Shown piece by piece: positions 1 to 10,937 of a stretch of DNA of 64,000 nucleotides. Below the pieces are notes generated by a model. That model was given only the letters and a program-made list of their open reading frames with translations, had not been told where the DNA came from and made no database searches. Every line of letters begins with the position of its first letter. Position 1 is the first letter of the stretch. A program made the position numbers and the translations under genes. This stretch comes from Phycisphaerae bacterium (GTDB lineage Bacteria; Planctomycetota; Phycisphaerae; UBA1845), in assembly GCA_963666835.2 (NCBI GenBank), contig CAXXGO010000006.1, positions 2,304,001-2,368,000 of the forward strand, written 5' to 3'.

Positions 1-1
1 T

Positions 2-721
2 CGTTACATCCGTCGCTCGGGTTCCGCGCCACCGGCCAATATCGGTGGCATCATCGCCGAGTCGGAGAACGTCTACGCTGAGCAGAGGAGCATGGTTGAG
101 GAGACTTTCGGCTGTCGATACCTTTCCTGTTACGGCCACAGCGAGAAGCTGGTCGGTGGCGCGGAGTGCGAACACTCGACAGACTATCATATATGGCCCA
201 CGTACGGTTTCTTTGAGCTGTTAGACAGTAACGGTGATCCCGTGACCACACCCGGCGAACGCGGCGAGATTGTCGGCACGGGGTTCATCAACACCGTGAT
301 GCCGTTCATCCGATATCGAACGGGTGACTTCGCCACGTACATGGGCGACCGCTGCCCGGCCTGTGGGCGAGAGCAGGTCATCATCGCCGACATCCGCGGC
401 CACAACACGCAGGAGTTCCTGATTGCGCAAGACGGCTCCGCGATCTCTTGGACCGCGCTGAATATGCACGATGACACGTTCGCTAATGTCCGGCAGTTTC
501 AGTTCCATCAGGAGGCTCCGGGACAAGCGACCCTTCGTGTCGTACCGGCCGAGCGTTTCGGAGATCGTGACAGCACGCGGATCCAGCAGGGTATGCGACG
601 CAAACTTGCCGATCGCGTAGAGGTCAGTATCGAGCTCGCCGAGGTAATCCCATTGTCGCCGATGGGTAAAATGATCTACGTTGATCAGGAATTACCGGCG
701 GCCGAGCCAAGCCGCGAGTGA
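2..721 (+). CDS. Phenylacetate-CoA ligase / CapK-like adenylate-forming protein (5' truncated)
   Basis: Frame is open from base 2; motifs YGHSE, GEIVGT and MPFIRYRTGD are typical of the PaaK/CapK family. Confidence 0.85.
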   Translation, partial: RYIRRSGSAPPANIGGIIAESENVYAEQRSMVEETFGCRYLSCYGHSEKLVGGAECEHSTDYHIWPTYGFFELLDSNGDPVTTPGERGEIVGTGFINTVMPFIRYRTGDFATYMGDRCPACGREQVIIADIRGHNTQEFLIAQDGSAISWTALNMHDDTFANVRQFQFHQEAPGQATLRVVPAERFGDRDSTRIQQGMRRKLADRVEVSIELAEVIPLSPMGKMIYVDQELPAAEPSRE

Positions 722-729
722 TCTAAACG

Positions 730-2085
730 ATGCGCGTCTACGCTCTATACCTTGCAGTTGCATTCCTGTCGATCTACGCCTATCGACATTGGTATCGCTC
801 GCTTTGCGGCTTGATCCTCCTTATGGCGGTCATTGAGCACCCTGACATGCCGAGGGGGATTATGGGCGTGCAGGGTCTAAGCCCGTGGAACGTGTTGTTG
901 ATCAGCGTCCTCGTTGGATGGGCCATTAACCGCCGACGTGAGCGCCTCGTGTGGGATATGCCGAGGCATATGAACATCCTGCTACTGATGTATGCTCTCG
1001 TGGTCGTGGTGGGTTTCTTTCGGATGATCGTTGACCGCGAGCATCTTGAGGAGTTTGCGGCGATTGACCTGGTCAGCGAGCATCTTATCAACACGGTCAA
1101 ATGGGTAATCCCTGGTTTGTTGCTTTTTGAAGGGAGTCGCTCGCGGCGTCGAGTGTTGCTGGGATTGGCGTCGGTGCTGGTTGTGTACCTGCTGCTCGCC
1201 GTCCAAGTGATTCGCTGGATGCCTCCGAGTGCAGCAGGTAGTGCGGCAAGCCTGTCTTCGCGGAGCAACAAGATCATTCAGAATGAAATAGGTTACTCCC
1301 GGGTCAACATGTCCAGAATATTGGCCGGAGGCTCTTGGGCTTTTCTGGCGGTACTTCCGATGGCCCGACGGACGTGGCACCGGAGTGCGACCGTCGGGTT
1401 GTTTCTGCTGATTGCGTATGCGCAGGCGTTGACCGGCGGACGGATGGGGTATGTAACTTGGGGAGCTGTGGGTTTGGCGATGTGCTTGTTACGCTGGCGC
1501 CGGTATGTGTTTCTGTTCCCCGTGGTAGCGGTGGGCATTGGATTGACCCTGCCAGGGGTGGTTGAGCGTACGCTGCAAGGGTTCGGGACGACGGACGTTG
1601 CCGGGGAGACATTCACCGATGACTATGTGGTGACAGCAGGGCGCACTCTCGCGTGGCCGCTCGTGCTGGAACAGATTGCCGCGTCGCCGCTAGTAGGGCA
1701 CGGTCGAGAGGCAATGGTGCGCTCGGGCGTGACGGAGTACATGCGCCAAGAGTATGGCGCGGCGGACGCGTTTCCGCACCCGCATAATGCATACTTGGAG
1801 CTGGTTCTCGACAACGGGATTATTGGGTTTGGCGTGGTCGTGCCGTTGTTCTGTCTGGTTTTGAGCCGTGCGGCGCTTCTGTTTAAGAACGACCGCGATC
1901 CAATGGGAGTCGCAGTTGGAGGCGTCGGGGGGGCATTGATCCTTGCTTTGCTCGTGGCCGGTATGGGCAGCCAGACGTTCTACCCGAGAGAAGCGGAAGT
2001 CGCCATGTGGGGCGCGATCGGGCTCGTGCTGCGTCTGTGGGTAGAGCGGCGAAATAGACGATACGGTTGCAGTCCTGTGGGCTGA
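730..2085 (+). CDS. O-antigen ligase/polymerase family membrane protein
   Basis: Multi-TM protein with LTGGRMG, GRxxxW and HPHNAYLE..DNGIIG (Wzy_C) motifs. Confidence 0.85.
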   Translation: MRVYALYLAVAFLSIYAYRHWYRSLCGLILLMAVIEHPDMPRGIMGVQGLSPWNVLLISVLVGWAINRRRERLVWDMPRHMNILLLMYALVVVVGFFRMIVDREHLEEFAAIDLVSEHLINTVKWVIPGLLLFEGSRSRRRVLLGLASVLVVYLLLAVQVIRWMPPSAAGSAASLSSRSNKIIQNEIGYSRVNMSRILAGGSWAFLAVLPMARRTWHRSATVGLFLLIAYAQALTGGRMGYVTWGAVGLAMCLLRWRRYVFLFPVVAVGIGLTLPGVVERTLQGFGTTDVAGETFTDDYVVTAGRTLAWPLVLEQIAASPLVGHGREAMVRSGVTEYMRQEYGAADAFPHPHNAYLELVLDNGIIGFGVVVPLFCLVLSRAALLFKNDRDPMGVAVGGVGGALILALLVAGMGSQTFYPREAEVAMWGAIGLVLRLWVERRNRRYGCSPVG

Positions 2086-2326
2086 TCTAGGAAGCGGTGA
2101 CAAGCAGTTTGGTTGCAGCCGGCGTCCTTGGTCTCTTTGGCCGGGAGAACGACGGCGGGGGGCGTTGCAGGCGGTGGGTGACATTTGCACCGGAGAGGCT
2201 TCGGGATGAGCGAACGAGTGACGGTAGCATGCTACGGGGAGCGTGAGAATGCAGGGGAAGCATACGGGCGGCAGTATGTCGTTGGTGCCTGCCGTCACGG
2301 AGAGATATATTACAGGAGGAGAGCTC

Positions 2327-3466
2327 ATGGCGGATTCGGGGCGCGAAAGGCAATCGCCTGAAGGTAAACTGCCCGAGGAAGGCGCGAGTGGAGAAGTGGC
2401 TGGTGAGCCCATAAGATTGTCGTGGAAGCGGCGGCTGCTTTATGTGAGTGTGGTCCTCGTGGTTCTTTCGACATGTCTGGTAATCGGCGCCGAGTGGGCT
2501 TTGAGGTGTTTTGCGCCGCAGCCGCTCATTCCAAGGTACGTTACGGATTCGGGATTTGGAATTCGCGTTCACTGTTCGAACATCGCGATACACCATACGA
2601 CCGCGGATTACCGCATAAGCGTTCGTACGAATTCCATTGGCAGCCGTGCGGACCGTGAGTTTACGTATGCGAAACCGCCAGATGTGTTGCGGATTGTCGG
2701 CCTGGGAGACTCGTTTACCTTCGGGTATGGTGTCTCTGTGGAAGATACGTATTTGGCGCGCCTGGAGCGCCTTCTGCGAGCGGACGGGCTGAATGTGGAG
2801 GTGATCAATCTCGGTGTGTCCGGTCACGGCACGGCGGAGGAGCTTATCATGCTCGGGCAGCGCGGTTTGAAGTTCTCGCCGGACCTTGTAATAGTAGGAT
2901 ACTGTACAAACGACATTGGTGATAACGTCCGATCGATGTTGTATGGGCTTGACGAGCGAGGCGATCTTGCGCGAAGGAATAGCGAGTACCTCCCCGCAGT
3001 GGGTGTCCGAGACCGGCTTTACTCGATGGCAGCCTACCGTTTTCTGGCGGAACGTTCGCATCTGCTGTACTTTGTGCGCCGGAACCTGTCCGAGCTCGTG
3101 CAGAAACGTCTCCATCGAGATCATGCTGTGGCCGAGGGGTTGGACGGTGATGGGGAACAGCGTTTGACTGGGGCTCTTCTCGATGAGATTAAACGGACAT
3201 GCACGGAGAGGGGTGTTGGTTTTTGTCTACTGGATATCCCTGACGCGCACCGGATCGAAAGCAACCTGCCGCTTGCATACATGCACGGTGTTTCGGAGGA
3301 GGATGTTGTGGATGTTCGGCCGGCCCTCAAGGCGCGATTGCCCAAAGAAGAGGTTTATTGGAGGCGGTCTGATGGCCATTGGACACCAGCGGGACACGAG
3401 ATCGCAGCGAACGCGCTCCACGACTGGATCCGCAAAGCGGGCGGCCCGCTGTGCGGCGGTGGTTGA
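2327..3466 (+). CDS. SGNH/GDSL hydrolase with N-terminal TM anchor (polysaccharide acylation-related)
   Basis: Blocks GDSFTFG, NLGVSG, ND and DGHW; AGGAG RBS before ATG 2327. Confidence 0.85.
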   Translation: MADSGRERQSPEGKLPEEGASGEVAGEPIRLSWKRRLLYVSVVLVVLSTCLVIGAEWALRCFAPQPLIPRYVTDSGFGIRVHCSNIAIHHTTADYRISVRTNSIGSRADREFTYAKPPDVLRIVGLGDSFTFGYGVSVEDTYLARLERLLRADGLNVEVINLGVSGHGTAEELIMLGQRGLKFSPDLVIVGYCTNDIGDNVRSMLYGLDERGDLARRNSEYLPAVGVRDRLYSMAAYRFLAERSHLLYFVRRNLSELVQKRLHRDHAVAEGLDGDGEQRLTGALLDEIKRTCTERGVGFCLLDIPDAHRIESNLPLAYMHGVSEEDVVDVRPALKARLPKEEVYWRRSDGHWTPAGHEIAANALHDWIRKAGGPLCGGG

Positions 3467-3595
3467 TTCACGGTTCTAACGGTTGTGGCATGTTGTCATG
3501 TAGCGAGGGCAACTGCGCATACCTCATGTTCGTCCGGTGAGTTGGCATCCCGCGCGTATCCGTGCTGTCTGACATCTGCGCCCTGGCCGAGGGAA

Positions 3596-6500
3596 TCACT
3601 CGTACGCACCAGCATCCGTGGCCATGCCGGTAGTCCGCGGGGCGCCATCGTTGTCCACGGCAATACTAATGCCGTAGCGTGTGAGAAACTCAGTATAGAC
3701 GTACTCAGCCATTCCAATATCGATTGCAGGGCTGTTGGATTGCAGATGGAAATCCAGGCCCTGGGCGTCAAGGAACCGGGGATCTGCGTCAACACAGCCG
3801 GCTGCACGGTCAATCGCTTGTAGCTGCGGTAGACTGTAGACGTTATTCCGCCAGCGGACCGACGCATAGTCTCCGCCCTGATATAGGAGCGAGTTGTCCA
3901 GGCTCCACGTTGTTGTACCTGCTGGATCTTCAATAAAAACATGATTACCCTCGGGCTCGGTGAGGTTGGCGATCAGGTTGTTGGCCATGCTGTATTGCCC
4001 GCCGCCTGGGCCATTAAGGCCAGCATCGACATCATAAATGGTGTTGTTCACGATGTACCTGTTGACGCCACCCGCAAGCATGATCCCTGCCTGCGACCAC
4101 GCCGTGCTCGGCGTATACGATCCAATGTGGTGAATACTGTGGATGACATTGCCGACGATGTACGCGTCTTGGCCAAAACCGCCACTGCTGTTGCTGCCCG
4201 CGTAGATGCCGTACTCACAGTTGTAGACTGTGTTGTGAAGGAACCAGACACGCTCCGGTTGGTACTGGAAGCCAAGCCCGATACTCGGGTTCCATGATGT
4301 CTTGACAATATCATGGACGTCATTCTGTGAGAATATCACGTCGACGGCTTGCTTTGAGTAGATACCCCCCTGGCGACACGAGTACACGTGGTTGCGGCCG
4401 GCATAGATGTGGTGCGTCGTCGGCATCGAGCCGATATTTCCCGCGTTAACGATTACGCCATCTCCGCTGTTGTTGTACAGCTCGCTATCCAGAATCGAGA
4501 CGTTGGACGCCCCCTTCGCGACGCCGACGGCGTTGTGGTCATCATCATTAGGCGATGCCATATCACCGTTATCGTGGACCGTGCAGTTGAAGATGACTAT
4601 GTGTGCGGCCAAGTCAGCGCCGAATGAGCCGATCATGACGCACGATCCCATTCGATGATGGAGATCGCTGTTTCTGAGCGCGATGTGTTCACATGGGGCG
4701 ATGATCTCAAAACCGGCATAGTCATTCACAGTACCGTCTACATCGAGGTTCTCGAAGACCATGTACGTTGCGTTATTCGACACCGAGAACTTCCAGCCGA
4801 ACCGTGGTGGGTCTAGCGGATTACCGGTGATGAAGATCGGATTCGATGCAGTTCCGTTGCCGTTGAAGGAGCGGTATCCCCCATTGCCATATGTTCCGCC
4901 ATGGATGTAGATTAGAGTGCCGGCCTGGAGGCCAGTGGTACTGGGTAGGCTGGCCCGGGGTGTGTCGGGCGATCCATTGGGGTTTCCACTGTCTGTGGCG
5001 CTTGGATGAGAATTGTCGACGTAGTAATGGAGCGGGTTGGCCGCGTTGTAGGGCGGCGCTACCTCTTTAATCCCAAACTCCGGACCCGGGATGCCGATGG
5101 GGGCGGTCCAGGCGGTGAAATCCTGGTTGCTCAGGCCGCTGCCGGGGACGGAGGAGACGGACAGTGTCTCCGGAGTCAAAAAGACGCGGCTGGGGTCTTC
5201 GGCTTCGATGGTGCCGGTCCAACCTTCGGGCACGCCGCGGACGTACGTGCCGTCCACGTCGGTGAGGGCCAGATAGTCCTCGCCGGCGGAGCTTCCGGTA
5301 CCGGTGAAGATCAGACCGTGCTGGCCAATCGGAGGCCTGGCGCCAACGGTATCGACCAGGGTAATGGTGCCGGACACGAACGCTCCGGTGGCGGTGCCGA
5401 CGAAATCCTGGTCGGTTTGAGCAGAAGTCACGTCCGTGTAGTCAACCGAGGCCGGTGCGAAGGTGAACATCGCGTGAGTCGGCGTGACCGTGCCGGACCA
5501 TCCGCTGGAAACCGAAAGCGCGTACTCGCCGTCGCCGTCAGTCGAAGCTGAGCCGCCGCCGTTGTCGGCCACCACCTGCACACTCGAAATCACCGTTCCC
5601 AGGTCATCAGTTATCACGCCCGAGATAGTCACCGACGGCTCGCCGGTGGCTTCGCACTCGCCGTTGGCCGGATTGCAGGCCTGTCCGGTGGGGCAGTCGA
5701 CCGGCGTGTTCTCACACACGGTATCCACGCACGCATCGACAGTACAAGCGTCGCCGTCGTCGCAATCGGCCGCGCCGGTGCATTCGGGCTCTTCACCGCC
5801 TGCGGACTCAAGCCTTGGGAGGATACCGGCATCCGAGCTGCCCGCGTCCACATTGTGAAGTTCGATAGCCAAGATGTTCGTGCCGGTCTCAAGCAGGCCC
5901 GGCGTGACCGTGATCGTGAACTCCTCCTCAGGATCTTCCTCGTCGTGGCCGGCCGTGGTGAGCGTGTCGTAGTCGACCGGATCCACCATGTTGTCGCTAC
6001 GGGCGACCTCCTGACCGTTGATGTAGGCGATGAAGCCATCGTCGTAGACGGCGCCTAAGGTCAAGGCGGCGTGTTCGCTCGGGTCGGCGACAGTGAATGC
6101 CCGCCTCATGAACACACTGACGTAATTGTCGGACATGTCATCCAGCTCGGTTGCGTAGCTGATGTCACTGCTATAACCGATACCGGTGGGCCCGCTCAGC
6201 CAAGCGCCGTCTGAGAAATCGGCATCCGCCCAGTTCGCCGGTGGAGCGGTGGTTCCCTTGAAGTAGCGCCATGTGTCGCCAACCGCTATCCACTCATCCT
6301 CGACAGGGCCTGCCGGCTCGCAGGTGTCGGCATCCTCATCACAAGTCTCGTCGACCTGGCACGGGTCTCCGCTCGACACGCAGTTATTAACCGCGTCACA
6401 GCTCTCCGTACCGTTGCAGTACAAGCCGTCGTCCGGGCAATTCGCATCGTTGGCGACATTATCACACGAGTCGGTAGCTTCGTTGCACGAGTCGTCGGTG

Positions 6501-8521
6501 CAGCCGACGCCGTCGTCACAGTTGACCGGCGTTCCGGACTGACAGTCCAGCGTGGCGTCGCACGTCTCCACCCCGTCGCAGTATAGCCCGTTGTCACAGT
6601 TGGCGTTGTTGGCGATGTTATCGCACGAGTCAGTAGCTTCATTGCACGAGTCATCGGTGCATCCGACGCCGTCATCACAGTCTACCGGCAACGTGGACCG
6701 ACAGCCCAAGATCGTGTGGCAGATCTCCGCTCCATCGCAGTACAACCCGTTGTCACAATTGGCGTTGTTGGCGATGTTGTCGCACGACTCGGTGGTCTCG
6801 TTGCACGAATCATCCGTGCACGCTACGCCGTCGTCACAATCGGGGGCCGTGCCGGCTATACAGACTCCGCCGGAACAGGTCTCGGCACCGTTGCACCACA
6901 GACCATCGTCACAGTCTTCCGGTCCGGTACAATCGACCGGCACGCAGGTGTCGTTGTTTTCGTCACAGTCTTCGGCCGGGCAAGGATCGCTTCCGGGCTG
7001 GCAGCCCAACGACAGGCTACACACCTCCGCGCCGTCGCAGAACAGTCCGTTGTCGCACAGAGAGTCGTTGGGGATGTTATCGCATTCGTCGGTGGTCTCG
7101 TTACACGAATCTGCAGTGCACGCTATGCCATCGTCGCAATCGACCGGTGTACCCGGCTGGCAGTCCAGCGTAGCGTCACATGTTTCCACGCCGTTGCAGT
7201 ACAAGCCGTCATCACAGTTGGAATCCACCGCCACGCTATCGCACGAGTCGGTGGCTTCGTTGCACGAATCGACCGTGCAGGCTACGCCGTCGTCGCAATC
7301 GGGGGCGGTGCCGGCCACGCAATCTCCGCCAATACACCGCTCAGCTCCGTTGCACCAAAGGCCGTCGTCGCACTCGGCGGAGCCGGTGCATCCTATGGGC
7401 ACGACGGCCGTGCAGGTTCCGGAATCCTCCGAGCAAACCTGTCCCGGGCACGGATTGCTGCCGGGCTGGCAGCCAAGCTCAGGATCGCACACTTCAACGC
7501 CATCGCAGAACAACCCATTATCGCAAACGCTGTGGTCGGGCACATGTTCGCAGGTGTTGTTCTCCTCGTCGCACGAATCCACGGTGCAATCGATGCCATC
7601 GTCGCAGGGTGACATCGAGGTTACGCAGTTTCCGTCAATGCACAGCGCCACTCCGGTGCAATGAAGACCGTCGTCACAGTCCTCGTCGGTCTCGCATGCA
7701 CCAGATTCCGCTATGCTGATCTCTTCGTCAATTGCAGTGAAGGACTCGGTCCGGTTGGTCCGCACATCGGAGAACCGCTTCTCGGATGGACTGAACTCAT
7801 GATCGATGTGCTGGACGCTGATCATGCCGTCCCAGCCGAAGGTGACGTAAACCTCGAAGGACCCATCGCTGTCCGTTACGTCCGTAGTGCCCCCCGCGCT
7901 TGCCGCGACGGTCACGTCGGCAATGCCGTTGCCGTCCGCGTCCGTGACCTTGCCGGTAATCCTCGGCCACACGGTGACCTGTTGTTCCAGGTCACCCGTC
8001 TGAGTGGTGGTGCAATCCACCGTAGCACCCGCCACGGCCAGCGAGAGCATGATCGTGTGGATCCCCGCCTTCGTAAAAACGTTGGTCCTCTCCCGGAAGG
8101 CTGCCATCTTTCCCGACTCCGAAACCCCGTCCACCGTCCAGGTGAGTACTGCATCAGCCGGCAGATCGTCAGCGATGCTAACGAACGTGCTGGTCACCCT
8201 CAAGGGCGGCGGACCATCGAATTCGTCCGCTGGTTCGGCGGCGCCCTCAAAGTGGACAGTGAACTCGCAGGCCGGGGCAGTCACTTCGGCCACGCCGATC
8301 AAGTCAGAGTCGCTGTTGATGTCGAGAGGATCTTCTACCTCGGAGATTATCGTTGAGCCAAGCGTCTCCCGCTCGCTGTCTCCGGGCAACTCGCTACCGG
8401 GTGTTGTTACGGTTCCTTCCCCGCAACCAGCGACGGTCAGGAGTAAGGCCCAACAAAGCGAAAGGACGGTATACGGATGACGATTCCGGGATACGCGGCG
8501 AGACCACAAGAAGAATGACAT
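3596..8521 (-). CDS. Large surface lipoprotein: Ig/CarboxypepD-like domains, Cys-rich CDDG-CT-DSC repeats, jelly-roll domain, right-handed beta-helix with choice-of-anchor-Q-like tail
   Basis: Lipobox LTVAGC; repeated DCDDGVACTxDSCNE / CDNGLYCDG; beta-helix periodicity; tail DFHLQSNSPAIDIG...DAGAYE. Start may be 8539. Confidence 0.75.
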   Translation of the reverse strand: MSFFLWSRRVSRNRHPYTVLSLCWALLLTVAGCGEGTVTTPGSELPGDSERETLGSTIISEVEDPLDINSDSDLIGVAEVTAPACEFTVHFEGAAEPADEFDGPPPLRVTSTFVSIADDLPADAVLTWTVDGVSESGKMAAFRERTNVFTKAGIHTIMLSLAVAGATVDCTTTQTGDLEQQVTVWPRITGKVTDADGNGIADVTVAASAGGTTDVTDSDGSFEVYVTFGWDGMISVQHIDHEFSPSEKRFSDVRTNRTESFTAIDEEISIAESGACETDEDCDDGLHCTGVALCIDGNCVTSMSPCDDGIDCTVDSCDEENNTCEHVPDHSVCDNGLFCDGVEVCDPELGCQPGSNPCPGQVCSEDSGTCTAVVPIGCTGSAECDDGLWCNGAERCIGGDCVAGTAPDCDDGVACTVDSCNEATDSCDSVAVDSNCDDGLYCNGVETCDATLDCQPGTPVDCDDGIACTADSCNETTDECDNIPNDSLCDNGLFCDGAEVCSLSLGCQPGSDPCPAEDCDENNDTCVPVDCTGPEDCDDGLWCNGAETCSGGVCIAGTAPDCDDGVACTDDSCNETTESCDNIANNANCDNGLYCDGAEICHTILGCRSTLPVDCDDGVGCTDDSCNEATDSCDNIANNANCDNGLYCDGVETCDATLDCQSGTPVNCDDGVGCTDDSCNEATDSCDNVANDANCPDDGLYCNGTESCDAVNNCVSSGDPCQVDETCDEDADTCEPAGPVEDEWIAVGDTWRYFKGTTAPPANWADADFSDGAWLSGPTGIGYSSDISYATELDDMSDNYVSVFMRRAFTVADPSEHAALTLGAVYDDGFIAYINGQEVARSDNMVDPVDYDTLTTAGHDEEDPEEEFTITVTPGLLETGTNILAIELHNVDAGSSDAGILPRLESAGGEEPECTGAADCDDGDACTVDACVDTVCENTPVDCPTGQACNPANGECEATGEPSVTISGVITDDLGTVISSVQVVADNGGGSASTDGDGEYALSVSSGWSGTVTPTHAMFTFAPASVDYTDVTSAQTDQDFVGTATGAFVSGTITLVDTVGARPPIGQHGLIFTGTGSSAGEDYLALTDVDGTYVRGVPEGWTGTIEAEDPSRVFLTPETLSVSSVPGSGLSNQDFTAWTAPIGIPGPEFGIKEVAPPYNAANPLHYYVDNSHPSATDSGNPNGSPDTPRASLPSTTGLQAGTLIYIHGGTYGNGGYRSFNGNGTASNPIFITGNPLDPPRFGWKFSVSNNATYMVFENLDVDGTVNDYAGFEIIAPCEHIALRNSDLHHRMGSCVMIGSFGADLAAHIVIFNCTVHDNGDMASPNDDDHNAVGVAKGASNVSILDSELYNNSGDGVIVNAGNIGSMPTTHHIYAGRNHVYSCRQGGIYSKQAVDVIFSQNDVHDIVKTSWNPSIGLGFQYQPERVWFLHNTVYNCEYGIYAGSNSSGGFGQDAYIVGNVIHSIHHIGSYTPSTAWSQAGIMLAGGVNRYIVNNTIYDVDAGLNGPGGGQYSMANNLIANLTEPEGNHVFIEDPAGTTTWSLDNSLLYQGGDYASVRWRNNVYSLPQLQAIDRAAGCVDADPRFLDAQGLDFHLQSNSPAIDIGMAEYVYTEFLTRYGISIAVDNDGAPRTTGMATDAGAYE
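6330..7700 (-). repeat. Intragenic tandem Cys-rich repeats (~53-aa unit)
   Basis: Near-identical units such as CDDGVGCTDDSCNEATDSCDN, visible at DNA and protein level. Confidence 0.85.
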
Positions 8522-9169
8522 ACGCCCCCCCTTCCCCATGCTGCCTAAACCCCCGAGGTTAACATCCCGGTTTAGCGTACGATTCGGGGAGGGTTAGGGG
8601 CAAAAAATAACGCATGAGCCCTTTCTCATGGTCTGAATAATGGACCCGGGACGTCGGCTCGTGCCGATAAGCGGCGACCATCTGCGGCTTCGGTTTCGCC
8701 CGGTGCTACGTCGCGCTGGGTTCTCGGATGTGCCACCGCATTTGAGCAAAGCGGGAACCGGACGCGGTGCGGATTGGACCCGTAGCTCCACGGGTCGTGA
8801 TGCGCAAGCCTGTTTGCCGGTGTTCAATCGAAGCGCCGATAACACGAAGAACGGGGTCGGGAGCTGTCTGGGCGTCGCTCACCGTGAGCAGTAGTAGTAG
8901 TGACACTTCGTGTCACCGCGCGGGTTATCGCGCTTGGTGCCGCGGGTGGTTTGGTTCTTAGCGGTGTGTCTTCCAGATCATCGCGACACTTATGGCCGTG
9001 CGGCATGGGCGGGCACAGGATGGGCTGGACGACGTGGCGCTTCTGCAATGCGGCAGGTGGTGCGGAAGGGACGCACAGCATCTCGCGAAGGCCCGGTCCG
9101 CTGGAGGTGGGCTACGCGGGGCAGCGAAGAGGGGAATCAGGGGGGCGTGTCTTTCAGCAGGCTGATCGA

Positions 9170-10492
9170 CTATATCAGCCACAGCGCTGTCAGCCAGAAG
9201 ATCAAAAGGCATGGGGGAAGAACGAGGCCGGTGTACGCCTGAGCGCGTGCGGCGCCGCGCAGGTGCTTCTGCCAAGCTTCGTGGAGCTTGTCCATTTCAT
9301 AGTCATCCCCGCATTCAGGGCAGAGGTGAACTTCCGGCAGGCCGCGGAGGTCGTAGCCGCAGCCGTAGCACACAGAGTAATCCGCGGCAAGGACTCTTCG
9401 CTTTAGCCGTATGTGACGCGAGTACGTCAGATAACCGTCGACAATGAACAGCGTCAAGAGCAGCCCGGTGGCCAGGGACGACCATGTTCCAGTCATGCCG
9501 GTTAACATCATCGCGAGAAACGCGAAAGCCGCCAGGCTGGTGACCCAGGATCCCCCCGGCTTTGCGAATCGAGGAAACTGCTCTCGGGCCAGCGCCGCTC
9601 TTTTCTTCTTCGTGGCAAAGAAGAAAACGATGAAGAGGGCACAAAACCCGAAAAGGACCCAGGTGATCCAGGGGGAGTCGTAGTGCACTCCAAACCAAGT
9701 GCTCTGGAGGAGGCCGCGAAAGCCGTCGAGAGGCGGGGGATCGTACGCTAGCCGGTCCGCGGGCACCGGCACGTTGATTTGTGGATTACGATTGGTGGTT
9801 GTGACCTCGTGGCCGAAGAGGCGGTTGACTTGCTCCGTGCGTCGAATGAGCAGACGTTCCTTCTCGACCCACAAGGTCATCTTCATGCCGGTAAAATCTG
9901 TGCCCTGCAGGCAATAACAGGGAACGCTGTCGATGGCCTCGTCCGGCCGCCGCGTGAGCGATCTGAAGTGTTTGCTCTTGGTGGTGGCGAAGGCCGACGG
10001 GAGTAGCAGGCGGATAACGATCGAAGAGGCGCCGCCTGTGCCGACGCTGACCATCCTGCCGGCCGCTGACAGGTCCGGGTGGGTCCGTTCTCCGACTTTG
10101 GCGCCGGCTACCTGGCCCCAACTGAGGATCTTCCGGCCGGCCGTCCAAACGATCTCCGGCCGGTAGTTGCAGTCGGGCAGGCCGTGCCGGTAATGGTATT
10201 GGCTCGGGCGAACGAACGCGGTCGAGAAGACAAGGTCGCTATCGGAACTGTAACCCGCGCTTCGGTGTACTTTCCTGATACTCCCCTCGTCCAAATACGA
10301 TTCCGCCGTCGAATACACCACGGCCATCTGTTCCATGATCTGCGCGGCCGTGAGCTCGTCCGCCTCGACCGCTTCTTTGGTCATGACGGTGTGATTACCT
10401 TGGACCGGGTGGGCAGGCTCTGGAGGTCCGAGCAGCGGCCGGCCCAACGTACAGAGAATGCAAACGACCTGTACCGCAGTCCAAGTCATCAT
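9170..10492 (-). CDS. Membrane protein with LolA/DUF2092-like exported domain, 3 TM helices and Zn ribbon
   Basis: Signal-like N terminus; YSTAESY..FVRPSQY..LWVEKERLLIRR; CYGCGYDLRG..CPECG. Confidence 0.6.
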   Translation of the reverse strand: MMTWTAVQVVCILCTLGRPLLGPPEPAHPVQGNHTVMTKEAVEADELTAAQIMEQMAVVYSTAESYLDEGSIRKVHRSAGYSSDSDLVFSTAFVRPSQYHYRHGLPDCNYRPEIVWTAGRKILSWGQVAGAKVGERTHPDLSAAGRMVSVGTGGASSIVIRLLLPSAFATTKSKHFRSLTRRPDEAIDSVPCYCLQGTDFTGMKMTLWVEKERLLIRRTEQVNRLFGHEVTTTNRNPQINVPVPADRLAYDPPPLDGFRGLLQSTWFGVHYDSPWITWVLFGFCALFIVFFFATKKKRAALAREQFPRFAKPGGSWVTSLAAFAFLAMMLTGMTGTWSSLATGLLLTLFIVDGYLTYSRHIRLKRRVLAADYSVCYGCGYDLRGLPEVHLCPECGDDYEMDKLHEAWQKHLRGAARAQAYTGLVLPPCLLIFWLTALWLI

Positions 10493-10937
10493 GTTGCTCT
10501 ACACGGCGTCGCCCGGACCCGCATCCGCCCCGGGCGCCCGAAAGTTGTTAATGTGGACGTGTCGGCCCCACTCCGTAGGCGGCCAGCATAGGGGTAAGCG
10601 TAGGGGATTCGGGCCGAGGTGTCAATGCAATTGCGATGGAGGCAGGCTCTCCGGCGTGGGGAGCGACTGAACGACGTTGTGGCCTGGGCGAACGAGCCTC
10701 CGAACCCGGGAGTGTAGTTTACGCTCGAGAGTCGCATGCCGTCAGCGGACAGACAACTCATCGATTTGACTGGGACCCTCGCCGCATGGTTGGTCAAGGC
10801 GGAGCGAAGGCGCCATCCCCCCGATGCCGGTGTGTCCCATGATCTTCGGGACATTGAGTCCTGGGCTCGCTATAATGGGATACGGTCGAGCCATCCAAAC
10901 CCGGGATGACAGGCACGTGTGGTCCGCCGAGACAGGT

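Noticed and set aside
6552..7664. Long plus-strand repetitive ORFs
   Set aside because: Antisense of the Cys-rich repeats.
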